Shown here: positions 26,930-39,076 of the stretch, piece by piece
Layout of the letters: each line of letters begins with the position of its first letter
Position numbering within the stretch: the first letter of the stretch is position 1
Assembly: GCA_002633005.1 (NCBI GenBank)
Contig: NMRA01000346.1
Location: 384,560 to 448,559, forward strand
DNA length: 64,000 nt
Direction of reading: 5' to 3'
From: Phoronis australis
Taxonomy: Eukaryota > Animalia > Phoronida
Notes under the pieces: model-generated
What the model saw: the letters and a program-made list of their open reading frames with translations, nothing else
The model's database searches: none
What the model was told of the DNA's origin: nothing
Made by a program: the position numbers and the translations under genes

Positions 26930-28740
26930 CACCGACGATAACGTGGAACACAAAGAGGTGGTTTTCCAGGTGCATGCTACACATGTGGTCCGAAGGGACA
27001 CAAGGCGTCAGAGTGCAAAATGTCCAAAAGGTGAGAGAAATGTAAAAATTCTACCCATGCAACTGCAGTGTGCGGAAGAGGAATGGAGGCAAACAAGACG
27101 AAGGACAGTGCCAAGTTGGTAACACAAACAGACACTGGTCCTAGGGACAATTCCAGACACCATGTTAGTAATAATGATGCATATCATAATTGTCAGTCTA
27201 CTGTAAAATGTGAGCGGGAGGGAGATAATACAGTACCTGTGGTGACACCTCTGAGAGTAAGTTAGCATGATTGATGCCACTCAGACTATTGTTGGCGTCG
27301 CCAACGACTTGTTGGCTGACTGTGGCGCCTCTATCCATGTTGTCAACGATGAATCTAAGTTTACCTCATTTCGACAAAAATTTGACCCCAGGCATAATTA
27401 CCTAGAGTTGGCAGACGGTAGCAGGACCAATAACTGCTGTAAAGAGGGGCGACACATGTATAGATCTAATTGGTGGGAAAGGTTCTCTTCATAAATGCGT
27501 GTTGAAGGATGCATTATATGTCCCATCATTTTCCCAGAATATCTTTTCGGTCCAATCAGCTGTTGATAGGGGTGCTAAGGCTGAGTTTAACAAAGATTTA
27601 GCTACCTTGATGGCGAATGGTAGAGTTTCAGATTAAGAAACATGGCAAATTGTACTACTTAAATGGCGTGCTTTCTCAAAAATCCGCCAAACACTCTTAA
27701 GGAGTGGCATGGAATCTTAGGGCATTGCAATACTAAAGATGTCTTGAAATTACATGGTGTTGTTGAGGGTATGACATTGTTAGACAAAAAAGAATTTGAT
27801 TGTGGTCCATGCCTCACTAGTAAAATGGCCCAGAGTTTCAACAGAACCCAAGACAAACGAGCAACATCAATTTTGCAGCTGTTCCAGTTTGACTTACCGG
27901 GTCCTATCGATCTCCCAGCAAGGGAAGTTTTTAGCTATGCTCTTGGTTGTGATGAAGAATTTTCTGGATTGATCATGATCTATTTTTTGAAACAGAAAAG
28001 TGACACGGTAAGGGCAACTGAAAACTGCTTGCGGACATTGGTCCTTGAGGAACAGTAAAGCCAATCAGGAGTGACCAGGGGGACGAGTTCAGTTCCGAAG
28101 CATTTGAGTGACTTCACATTAAGAATAAAATTAAGCATGAATGCTCAGACCCCTATTCACCCCACCAAAATGGTACGGTCCAACGTTCATGGAGAACTCT
28201 GTTCGAATCAGCAAGATACCATTTCGTCAGAGATGAAATCCAGAAAAATTCTATGAAAATTGAATATGTACCCATTGATCAGAATATTGCTGATTTATTC
28301 ACAAAGCCTGTCCCAGGAGACAAAGCTATGAAGTTTAGAAAATCTTCATGTGTATCTGCACATAGTGCCTATTGATGTCAGTACAGAAGCAAAACTGTAT
28401 GTTTTGCATTATAAGTTTGATATTACTTGCAATAACTAGATGCTTAGTCTAAGATTTATCTATTTGAAATTCCTTATATGTATGTTCAGTATAGTGTAGA
28501 TGAAGTGGAGGTGTTGGAAGATGATCTTCACCTTTATTCTATAAATTGCATAAGAACTTGCGGTATAAGAATTGCATAAGAAATTGTTGTATAAGAATTG
28601 CATAAGAAATTGTTGTATAGGAAATAATTAGTTGGCTCTGGACTAGGAATGCATCCACTCTCTTTGTTTTTGCTGTATCTTGCCTTATATAGGCATGCTT
28701 CTTGTGAGAATATATATTGATCACATCATAGAATACAACA
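26930..28740 (+). mobile_element. Ty1/Copia LTR retrotransposon remnant, internally deleted
   Basis: In Copia order: Gag zinc knuckle CYTCGPKGHKASEC (~26970-27016), protease LLADCGASIH (~27310), WHGILGH...CGPC, integrase FDLPGP...YFLKQKSD...IRSDQG...PYSPHQNG..RSWRTL, then directly the RNase H end IEYVPIDQNIADLFTKP (~28260-28310), PPT and LTR. Confidence 0.85.
28512..28740 (+). repeat. 3' LTR of the Copia element
   Basis: Preceded by the purine tract AGATGAAGTGGAGG. Begins TGTTG and ends CAACA. Contains ~26-bp tandem repeats (TATAAGAATTGCATAAGAAATTGTTG). Confidence 0.7.
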
Positions 28741-28765
28741 TTATGATAGATAGTTTCTTGTACAG

Positions 28766-31245
28766 AAACATGGTGTCAAGTTATTTCATTAAACAGGATT
28801 CATACTGGCCAACAAATCCACTTCCTACACAATGTTTCACCAATCAACAGCAATTTTTGCATTGGACATAAAATAATGGCAACATTTTCTTATAACCAGT
28901 GCCAACTATTTGTTGGCTTGAATTTATTGTATGCGGGCAGCCAACAAAGTATTTTGTTGGTTTCTGGCGAAAGGAGAGATTGTCAATTGCTGCAGAAGCA
29001 AGCAAAGCCTGGCTAGACCAGTACATTAAGCTGCAGGGTGACCGACAGCCAACAGATAACAAAGTTCATCTGCCACCTTCTTTGACCAAGTACAGCCTAT
29101 ATAATGACATGGCCACTGAATTGGAACATGATGGTGATGATGTTGTCTCTTTGTCTCACTTATGTAAACTGAGGGACAAATACCGTAATGTAACTATTCC
29201 ACATGTAAGTAATAGAAGTTACACTAAGGTTTCCAAACTGCATGCTAAAACTGGGATTTTAGTTGACTTACCTAAATGCATTAAAACATTTTTGCATTTT
29301 TATCTCAGTCACATTATAGTTGTTTTAAAAATAAGGTTATTAAGGTAGTTAAGGGGGTTAGACACACAATTATTCTGGATCTTGTATTTTACCCTACAGT
29401 ACCGTGAATCTACACAATATCTAGGGGACACCAAATCAGTTACTGTTGCAAAGGCACCTCTTGCAGATATGTGACCTTTACATGGGTTACTGAAAAACCA
29501 CCTTAATAAGTTGTTGGTTGAAATTCTTAATTGCCTTTTTTATTTTAAGACTTTAATTATATTTCCCAGTGTGCAGAATTACTGAAGGCAAATGAAGAAA
29601 CAAATTTTCTTTACTGAAATCATCTCAAATTTTAATGGTTAGGCATCACTACAAACAGTTACTGTTAACATTTTATGTTGGTATTTTATGTGCAAAGACT
29701 GTAAATGATTAACAATGCATTATGCATATGTGATGACTAACCTCGTCTTTTGACCAATGAATTAACAAAAGGAGATTGTGCATTTTCCTCTTCAAAGTTT
29801 ACAATGTGCACTGCAGGCAAACCATTTTGTAAAGTGCGATGTTTGCACAAAAAATTAACAAGATTGGGGCAGACAAGAAACAATAACTAGAAATCAAAAT
29901 AAAACATTCATCCCCACAGATATTCAATAGTGCAAAAACTTTAGAATTTAGAACTAAGGTTGTAAACAAACTGAATAACACAGATGGCATGGTATTTTCC
30001 ATTCCGGTAAAAGGAATTGTACCTCATCAATTTTAAGACAAGGAATCTAGCACTTGACACTTTCAGTCTGGTTAGACTTGTTTGATTTTTAATGTTAGGA
30101 AAGAGCAGGAAAAGTACTATTCTCACAGGAGAAAAGGAAAAGCCAACAAAAGAATTACCTGTCAATTATACTGGATGGAATGAATCAGCAGAAAACATCC
30201 ACTTCACACAATCATTATTAATTTAAATCTCTTCAAGATACAGAAGCTGCGGACTCGTCTGACGGGAGCAATGGTCCATGGTCGTGTCACCTTCGGATAT
30301 TTTGATCTGGGCTTGTGGGGATACGGCTCAGACATAACTGCCAATGTTCTTTGGCCACGCTTACAAGTCTCTCGTACTTACCAGATGTTCGGCGAAAGTC
30401 ATTGGTTGAAACCCCACTTAAATTTACTGCAACACCACTCCGACCACGACAGAAATACGTGATCACTAAAATGATTGTCATTCACTTGAACAACGATTCT
30501 GTGCCACATAGATGCGTGGTAAGGACACCGTGATGTTAATGGTTAATTGCACATGGATAGTCTTGTGCTCCCAATGTGTTTAATTTTTGCTGGAACATCT
30601 TTTGGTCCTTATATGATATGAAAGATTTCTGATGAGTCATTGCTGTATGCATGAGAATAGAAATTTGTGGTGCATCTTCAAGCCTATGAAGTCAAAATGC
30701 TGGTTTTGGATTAGTTGTTATGATTTTCCTTGTTTTATCCTTACATATGAATGTTATATTTAGGATTGACCATTGTTTCTCTTGTGGTGGCTAGATGTTA
30801 TATTTATCACCTTCCACTTAGTAATTCACACACTACTTATATTGCCCATTACTAGATTATTACAAACTATAGTGAACTGTTTCACATATTCACAATGAAA
30901 ACATTATCAGGATGCTATCTGCTAAAGTCTATACCCTCTACTGCACCTGAACTGGTCAAATAAACTTTCAAAAAACTGAAAATTCACAAACTGAAAGCTT
31001 CTTTTGCCCCTGCAAAAAGCATGCCTTCAGAAGAGGACAAGGAGTGGTGGAATGAATTCTTTGATGAAGTTGACTCATATGATGAAGGTTTGTCTGTAAT
31101 GCTATATCACATATTTTCCTAACCTTGTTGATCTATTATTCACATTGGTTCATTATTGCGGGTGTATTAAACTGATGAGCACAGACTTCTGGGTTTGATT
31201 TCAGCCGATGAAGTCGTGCTAATCTGTACTCATGAGAATTTGCCT
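28766..31245 (+). pseudogene. Intron-containing putative transposase pseudogene, DUF7869-like (copy 1)
   Basis: Exon 28766-29204 reads AWLDQYIKLQGDRQPTDNKVHLPPSLTK...VSLSHL...NVTIPH|GTAAGT. Exon from 30099 reads YLSIILDGMNQQKT...LTGAMVHGRVTFGYFD. Later piece EWWNEFF. Frameshifted. Confidence 0.55.
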
Positions 31246-31399
31246 GGAAAGAATCAACAAAAACCACTTCATTCACAAAGCACAATAGCTGAGGAAACGA
31301 ATGCTGAGGAAAACGCTTCAACCAGTGAAAGCTCTAGTATTGTTGGTAACGCCAGTGGTTTTGACTCGGTCTTGGGGGCCGACATGACAGTTTCAACTC

Positions 31400-31578
31400 C
31401 GGAACTGCACTCAAAGGGAATGGTAACTTTGTCTGAACTGAAGTCACTAATTATTGAGACAACTACCCGTTTGGAAGCGTTGTTCTCTAGGAGATGTAAT
31501 CTCTTGTTCTATGGTGTAAGTGACCCCACTCGTGACACAACCAGTGAGAATGTAGAGCAGGTAGAAAAGGCTTCATAA
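31400..31578 (+). mobile_element. LINE ORF1-like fragment
   Basis: TRLEALFSRRCNLLFYGVSD matches the SRRxNLxFxGxxE motif of L1/CR1-type ORF1 proteins. Confidence 0.45.
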
Positions 31579-31582
31579 AAGA

Positions 31583-32410
31583 TATTACCAAAACCATGAA
31601 ACTAAAGATCTTGTTGTTAAAAACAATATGTGCTCAAAGTCTGCCCGAGTGTTAGCCAAAACTGACTTGATTCATCAGTTCAATTGCCCCCACAACGAAT
31701 GTATTCGTTCAAACACTGATTGCTCAAGGTATGTTGGTTATACAACTTGCACTTTATCTCGCCGGTTATCTATGCATTTACAGAACAGATCAATTAAAGA
31801 TCACTTCTAAACACTCCACAAACAGACAATTTCTCGTTCAGATATTGTTGACAATACCATCGTCAGGTATTTCGAACGTGACCCCTTTCGTTTGAAAATA
31901 CTCGAAGCTTTAATAATATAAACTGAAACTCCTGACATAAATTCCCAAGATACTGGGTTCCATCGTATCTTGTCGTTATATAAATAATGTCCATAAGTTG
32001 TAACACCTATAGTATGTATTTTATTAAATTTTACAACGTTTCATAGTACATTAGTTTCCATGACAATTCCTTCTGTAATTGCGCTCTTATGTATGCAACC
32101 TTATATTCGTGTTTAATGTCATTGTTCTTGTTTCATGTATCTCCCACGATAGCGTTTATGATATTTAAATTTACTTGCCTTTGATGACTTATGTATAGTC
32201 GAAGTAAAGCCACTGTTTTATTATGAAATGTTTTGTACAGAGTTTTATTATATATTTACTCAGTGTTCGTGATGCCACTTACACTGGGCAATCTACTATA
32301 TCAACTACCATCTGATGAAAGACACTTGTGCAGACACTTTGAAAGTTTGTTGTACAAACTAATTAAAGCCAAGAACAGCTTAGTTTTCAATGAAACATAT
32401 ATATATATAT
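31583..32410 (+). mobile_element. Penelope-like retroelement (Naiad-type) 3' end: GIY-YIG endonuclease, pseudo-LTR and ORF restart
   Basis: 31583-31987 is a single frame with 2 stops: YYQN.ETKDLVVKNN...IHQFNCPHNEC...YVGYTTCTLSRRLSMH...IKDH...NT...RLKILEALI...PDINSQ. ATG at 32272 gives MPLTLGNLLYQLP...FESLLYKLIK...FNET, ending in (AT)7. Confidence 0.75.
32177..32210 (+). ncRNA. Degenerate minimal hammerhead-ribozyme-like motif
   Basis: GCCTTTGAT-GACT-loop-AGTC-GAAG-TAAAGC, located in the pseudo-LTR position between the GIY-YIG stop and the ORF restart. Catalytic boxes are mutated. Confidence 0.4.
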
Positions 32411-33084
32411 GCTAACATTGACCTCATCTCAGTAACATTAGTTGGTTAAGGTATTTAAGGGGGTTAGACACAGAATTATTCTGGATCTTGTACTTTAACC
32501 CAACAGTACTGCTAATCTACACAATATCTGGGGGACACCAAATTAGTTACAGCTGCAAAGGCACCTCTGGCAGATATGTGACCTTTACATGGGTTGCTGA
32601 AAAACCACCTAATTAAGTTGTTGGTTGAAATTCTTAATGGGCTAATTTGTTTTTTATTTTAAGACTTTAATTGTATTTCCCAATGTGCACAATTACTGAA
32701 GGCAATTTAAAGAACAAATTTTCTATACTGAACTCATCTCAAATTTGAATGGTTTGGCGTCACAACAAATAGTTACTCTGTTAACCTTTTATGTTGGTAT
32801 TTTATGTGCAAAGACTATAAACGATTACTACAGTAACTGTATTATACATATGTGATAACTGACCTCATCCGTCTTTTGAGTTAGGAATTAACAAAGGGAG
32901 ATTCTGCATTTTTCTCTCCAAAGTTTACAATGTGCACTGCAGGAAAACCGTTTTGTTAAGTGCGACGTTTGCACAAAAATTTCAACAAGATTGGGGTAGA
33001 CAAGAAACAAAAAGGAACGTCAAGTATTGGAAAGACACAGGGATACTCATTCAGAAAAAACAACACAGCAGATCAGAAGACAAG

Positions 33085-33805
33085 GACAATTTTGAGCAAA
33101 CACTACAGAGACTATGTCGAAGAGGTCGACCATGTTGAAGATGCTTTGCGAGCCAATGGATACCAGGAATGGAGGTTCACAGACACCCCTAGTTGCAAAT
33201 CTACTGACAAACTCGATGGTCCCTCCGTTGCCATCCCATACATAAGAGGGTTGTCTGAACGCCTACATCACACTTACAGAACGCATGGGATTTCTTCTTA
33301 CATGAAACCTACGAACACCCTCCGTTTCCTACTAGTCAGACCCAAAGATCCAACCCAGATGACTTAACAATGTGGGGTCATATACCAGCTGAAGTGTAAC
33401 CAGGATCCCAACCATACCTACATTGGAGAAACTAAGAGACCATTCCTTACCAGATTCAAAAAACATCAGAATCAGAAACTGGACAGACCAACAGCTGTGG
33501 GGGAACACAGATTGGCGACTGGGCATTCCATCTCTCTTGCGTCATCCAGGATCATAGCCAAAGAAAAAAATGGTATGCTCGCAAGCTCAAAGAGTCCATG
33601 AACATCAGCAGTCAGCGACCTAACTTACCCCGTGTATTCCAGCATTCTTAACCAGCGAAAGGCGGGAAATCCCTCATTCATCGATAAAGATCTGGCGGAT
33701 CAGGTCGAAATGTCTGCAAACAACCTACCACGTCTCTAAGTAAGTGACCATCTCATACTACAATGCCTCTAAAGCCCAATGACAAACCTATTCTCCAGAA
33801 TTAGT
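33085..33805 (+). mobile_element. Penelope-like retroelement (Penelope/Poseidon-type) 3' end with GIY-YIG and pseudo-LTR
   Basis: ALRANGY.EW...VAIPYIRGLSERL...KPTNTLR.LLVRPKD...GVIYQLKC....TYIGETKR....RFKKH....AVGEH...TGH, then a hammerhead motif and a putative ORF restart MTNLFSRI at 33779. Confidence 0.85.
33681..33714 (+). ncRNA. Minimal hammerhead ribozyme motif (degenerate)
   Basis: TCGATAA-A-GATCTG-gcggat-CAGGTC-GAAA-TGTC: a 6-bp stem II (one G:U pair) between a mutated CUGAUGA box and an intact GAAA box, just downstream of the GIY-YIG ORF. Confidence 0.6.
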
Positions 33806-34149
33806 ATGCAGGCAGAGAGGTTTGATATGGGCATCACACTTAAGGACTTGAAGAATCAGACAATGAGTTCGATATCCCACTTAGCAAACTTCCATCGGCT
33901 TTGGGGCCGTATGAAATCGACCCACTTGCACAAGAAAAGCTGCAGACATGTGTGTCACCACTAACTGAAAAATGAGGTTGTCAATATTCACCAAATAAAC
34001 ACTTAATAACCAATGATGACAAAGGCCACTGTAAACTTGGGTCATCCTATTGCTATGATGAAATGAGCACGGTCTTAAACCCATTGCCGAGGTCAAGAGC
34101 CTGGTAGATTTTCGTTATATACAAAATTTGCAAATATACTTATAAGGTG

Positions 34150-34370
34150 GCAACTATTTCATTGTAACACGAGTTTTGTGTTTGGTCAAAACAATCCATT
34201 GAAATGCTCCAAATGAAGTGACGCTCACACTGGCATTCCACTCTCGGACGGCATACAAACTGATGCCACATTCGTGCAACGATCATGTATTTAGGAAATT
34301 TGTGCACAAAGACGTTCTCATTCAAGTTGTTGATACCACAGCTTCAACAAACACACCTTTTTGTGTATGA
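34150..34370 (-). pseudogene. THAP-domain remnant
   Basis: KRCV..SCGIN...ENVFVHKFPKY..VARMWHQFVCR...I.S...DCF is a decayed C2CH THAP signature. Confidence 0.55.
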
Positions 34371-35793
34371 AAAAGGCAGCTCTCCGACGACTTTCCTCGC
34401 AACTCCTCAGTATCGCACTGGTAAAAATAACAACAGCGGTGACTTCCACCCATTACGTACAACCTCGATAACACAAAAATATTCTTTTTAAAATTTTTGG
34501 CTTGTTTCTTAGTATCACACAGATATTCAGTAGTGCAAAAAACTTAAGAATTTAGAACTAAGGTTGATGGCATGGTATTTTCCATGCCAGTTAAAGGGAT
34601 TGTCCCTTATAAATTTTAAGTCAAGTAAGAAAACCAGCATTTGACACATTCAGTCTGGTTAGACATGTTTGATTTTTGATTTAAGGAAAGAGCGGGAAAG
34701 TATTATTCTCACAGGAGCAAAGGAAAAGGCAACAAAAGAATTACCTGTCAATTACACTGGATGGAATGAATCAGCAAACATCCATTTCACAATACCATTA
34801 TTTATTTAAATCACTTCAGAAGATTCAGAAGCTGCAGACCCATCTGACGGGAGCAATGGTCCATGATCGTGCCACCTTCGGGTATTTTGATCTAAGGTTG
34901 TGGGGATACGGACCACACATAACTGCCAGCGTTCTTTTGGCCACGCTTAAAAGTCTCTCGTACATACCAGATGTTCATCGTAATAATTGGTTGAAACTCC
35001 ACTTAAATATACTGCGACACCACTCTGACCACAACAGGGATACCCCATTGTCATTCACTTGAACAAAGATTCTGTGCTTGATAACGACACCCTAATATTC
35101 ATGGCTAATTGCCCATGGGTAGTCTTGTGCGCCAAATGTGTTTATTTTTTTTTTTGCTGGAACATCTTTGGGACCTTACATGATATGAAATACTTGTTAT
35201 ATGCATGAGAATAGAAATTCATGGTGCATCTTCAAGCCTATGAAGTCAAAATGCTGGCTTTGTATTATTTGTTACAGATTTCCTTGTTTCATCCTTACAT
35301 ATGAACATTATATTTAGGATTGGCCATTGTTTCTCTTGTGGTGGCTAGATGTTATATTTATCACCTACTACTTACAGTAGTTATTCACACACTACTTATA
35401 TTGCCCATTACTAGATTATTACAAACTATAGTGAACTGTTTCACATATACTGCATATAATGAAAACATTTTCAGAGCACTATCTGTTGAAGACCATGCCT
35501 TCTCCTGCATCTGAACTGGTCAAATAAAGTTTTGAAAAACTGGCAATTCACAAGCTGAAAGTTTCTTTTGCCACTGCAAAAAAAATTGCCTTTAGAAGAG
35601 GACAAGGAGTGGTGGAATGAATTCTTTGATGAGGTTGACTCTTTAATATGAAGGTTAGTCTGTAATGTTATATCACATATTTTATTAACCTTGTTGAACT
35701 ATTATACATATTAGTACATAACTGCGGGTATATTAAACTGATAAACACAGAGTATTCCGATTATGGTTTCAGCCGATGAAGGCGTGCAAATCT

Positions 35794-36027
35794 GTGCTCC
35801 TGGGAATTTGCCAGAAATACTCTGTAAACCATGCCTGCAAAGAGTCAACGACTCTGACTAATCACTTTCTGAAAGTGGAATTGCGAAACTGAATTCAAGG
35901 ACTTGTTTCTGTGTTCCTGGGAATTTGCCAAAAATACTCTGTAAACCATGCCTGGAAAGAGTCAACGACTCTGACTAATCACTTTCTGACAGTGGAATTG
36001 CGAAACTGAATTCAAGGACTTGTTTCT
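35794..36027. repeat. Tandem duplication, 2 x 117 bp
   Basis: 35794-35910 and 35911-36027 are near-identical, with no N between them. Confidence 0.9.
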
Positions 36028-38619
36028 TTTTCAGAGAAAATAAGTAACAATTTATTAGATTAGGTATTACGGATTAAGCGCAACCGGCAAGTCCATCGCA
36101 TTTGTTATCAGCACAATGCCAATTAAGAGACATCTGTGGAAGTCAGGAGGAAAACGTATTACTTGAAAAAGTAATGGGGATAGAGTCCGCTTTATTCGGA
36201 GACCGCAGAAGTGCGGACGTGATTAAACCATCAGCAAAAAAGGGCGGCGTAGGAGACAGCGTCAAATTTCATAAGCAGGTAAGTCAGTGAGTTTCACCGA
36301 GCACAATGCAAAATGCACATAAGCGAACAAAACGTTGTATAGTTTGAATGGCACCGTCAGTTTCAGTTTATCCAGACTACATCCCTTTTGATTTCACACA
36401 GATCACGACCAAAAGGTCGAGTGATGAATGCAAGAAGAAATTCCAAAACTTAAACCAACGATGTACAAAAATTTTTCAACAAGAGAATTGCTGTTTGTTT
36501 ATTTGTTTGCTTGTTGACTTCCTGTTATGATTAATAATCTATTTTAAAATGTGAGCAAGAATCTAAAAGTGGAGTATAATCTTTTGTGTCTTATCCAACT
36601 TTATGTGGTATACATAATTTTATTGCTTTTCGTCAATTCGTAGTTAAGCTTCACATTATTGACCCTCATCCCCTTCCATTAGCATTACTTCCCTGCACCC
36701 CATTTCAAAAAAGAGGCCAGTTCTATAGTGCCACGGGTTTTTAAGATGTAACGGTTGAGACAGTCTAGCGCAGCTTAGTATGTCATTTGAAATAAGTACA
36801 AATATACCTTGTATAATTTCTCCTACAGCTAAATCCAAAATGGGCAACAGAAAAAGTGCCAGGAAGACAGGCAGAGGACAACCTGGCAAGATTTTGGATG
36901 TCATAGACGAGGCGATCTTGACTCACTTCGATTCAAGAGTCGAAGTCTCTGGCATCAAAGGATGTTTGGAAACTGATGGTGAATGCATTGGTTTTGCACC
37001 GAATGCAATTTATCGTTGCAAGTGCCAATGTCTGACTAATGTAAAATGCATGGACATTAAACTCATGCATACTCGCCAATATTAGATAACCAAATTTTGG
37101 CAAAAACTGGAACAGAACGTGATCAAAGCCTGACCATTCATATCTTGTACTGACTTCTGTGTGAAATTGTGGTTTAAGTTCTACATCATAAATTAAGGCA
37201 AAATACCAGGAGAAACAGAAAAATACATTTACCTCCAATTTGTTGGCTCTTCCATTGTTGGAATGATGATAAATTGTAGGTCTATTTCTACACTTGAATT
37301 TTTCAGAACTTGTCATGGCTGACGGTATTAGGGATGACAGCAAATGTCTCTTCTTTACCAGGACAGAAATAGACAAGGTAACATTCGAGAAACTTTGACC
37401 AAAGCAGTTCTTTTATACCCTAACATATTAAGGACTATGCGTAAAGTTTAGGAAGTCTAACCAGGTATAAAAGATGCCTTCTTCAGGTCTAATAATGTCA
37501 TCAGGTCTCATTTAGTTGGACTTGTGGTGAACTTGCAGGCACTGTCCAAAGGGGTTGCTGAATCACAAACACCTTATGATTCCAGTGATACAAAAGGGGA
37601 AAGACATTTGTAAAAGAAAAATAGCTCCACAGGAACCTAATGGAAGATAACACATTTCGGAGGAAGCAATGTTCAAAACGTTGTTGACCTAAACCTTGCA
37701 TTCTAGTCTGGCCTGAATGTAAAAGGGTCGTGCACTGTCAATCTACCTAAGTCTTGTCCAAAATATTCAATGGAAGGGATATCAGTGTTCACAAATTGAA
37801 CTTGGAGATGCTGGGGATTTGTGTGTAGAAAGCTTTTGAAATGGGTCCAGGAAAGGGGTAAGGTAAAGGCTAATCCCAGTGCCACTATGCTTCTGCCTTA
37901 TTCAACAACCGAATAATTTTAAGCAACACGTATCCCAACAGGAGAACTAGAGCGACATCAAGGTAGGTTGGTGTGATGCACAGAAGATATCAATTGCATG
38001 AAACGTTTCATGTCTTATCACGAGTATGAAGGCCATCTCAATAATGGCGGACACACTTTTGCATTGGTGACAGACACAACTGCGAACTGATCCCACAGCA
38101 ATGGGCAGTGCGCTACAAGACACAAAAATGAGGCAATATGTGCTACATTGAGATGTCTTTAAGACATGCAAAGAAATTCTTATGGCTTTCAGGAAAGTGC
38201 ACCAGTACCTGACAGATACATTTGTCAGAGAAAAATCTTGAAAAAACGCTCAGCAACGTACCAAAGGAAATGCAGACGACCACAGGTGGTCAAAAGAAGG
38301 AGTTCATGAAGTAGGAGAGGCTTCCTAAGCAACGAGATGTAGTGCTTTTTTAACAGCCACCTGCTGTGTCATGCCTGTGTAATTTCCAAACTAACAACAA
38401 CAAGAGCATTCAGGAGCCTTGAGATTGAAACCTGTTCTAACGTCCACTAAACTACTTTTGAAAAATAATATCTCACTTCAGCAAAAGTGCAAAGTACTCA
38501 ACTATATACAAGAGCCCATAACTGCTAGTTACAGATATAACTTCTGCATATTGTGCCAGTAAATTGCCCATTCAAGATAGGACTGACACAGATATTGAAC
38601 TGTTCTTTCGACTCATTGC

Positions 38620-39076
38620 AGAATGGAAGGATATCAAGATGTGAGTCGCCACTTTGGAGCGCTTCAGAACGCAGTATACCTCTTAGGTACCCCAACACAG
38701 GACCCTCAGCAGAGCCAACCGCTCAAGTCTGCCGGTCGTCGAGGAAAAAACAGCACAAAGAACTACAACTCCACCTTCAGGGGAAAAGACAGGTTCTGCA
38801 GGGGACTGGATGTATGGGTTCACAAGGAGACATCCAAGGATCAGCCTGAGACACCCCGAGGCTACAAGCATTGCCAGGGCACAAGGTTTCGATAAAAATG
38901 TTGTGTCCGAATTCTTCACAATACGGAGGGACATCTTAAAGGAAAGCAGTTTGACGCAACTCAAATTTGGAATTATGATGAAACCGGCTGTACAACAGTA
39001 TAGAATGTTCCCAAGGTTCTAGCTCCGAAAAGTAAGAGAACAGTGGGCCAATTAACTGCTACTGTACGAGGCTCCT
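38620..39076 (+). mobile_element. pogo/Tigger-family (CENP-B HTH plus DDE_1) transposase remnant
   Basis: WMYGFTRRHPRISLRHPEATSIARAQGFDKNVVSEFF...IWNYDETGCTTV...KVLAPK...VGQLT is diagnostic of pogo-like transposases. Frameshifted and truncated by the next element. Confidence 0.8.

Larger units (their letters stand above)
32425..35812 (+). repeat. Diverged second copy of 29300-31245 (DUF7869-like element), interrupted by an insertion at ~33012-34514
   Basis: Colinear match, e.g. TTAAGGGGGTTAGACACA at ~29350 and ~32455. Homology breaks after AAGAAACAA (33011) and resumes at CACAGATATTCA (~34517). Confidence 0.85.

Noticed and set aside
31988-32176. Possible SECIS element in the Naiad-type 3' region (ATGA...AA at ~32060)
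   Set aside because: No complementary 3' arm with the GA quartet was found, and the in-frame stops in the ORF are TAA, not TGA.
36400-36470. TKRSSDECKKKFQNL, a Myb/SANT-like helix
   Set aside because: Too short to support a feature call, and no flanking exons were identified.
36780-38300. Several short ORFs with coding-like composition
   Set aside because: No motif could be recognised with confidence. Probably a decayed transposon; needs a TBLASTX/HMM search.
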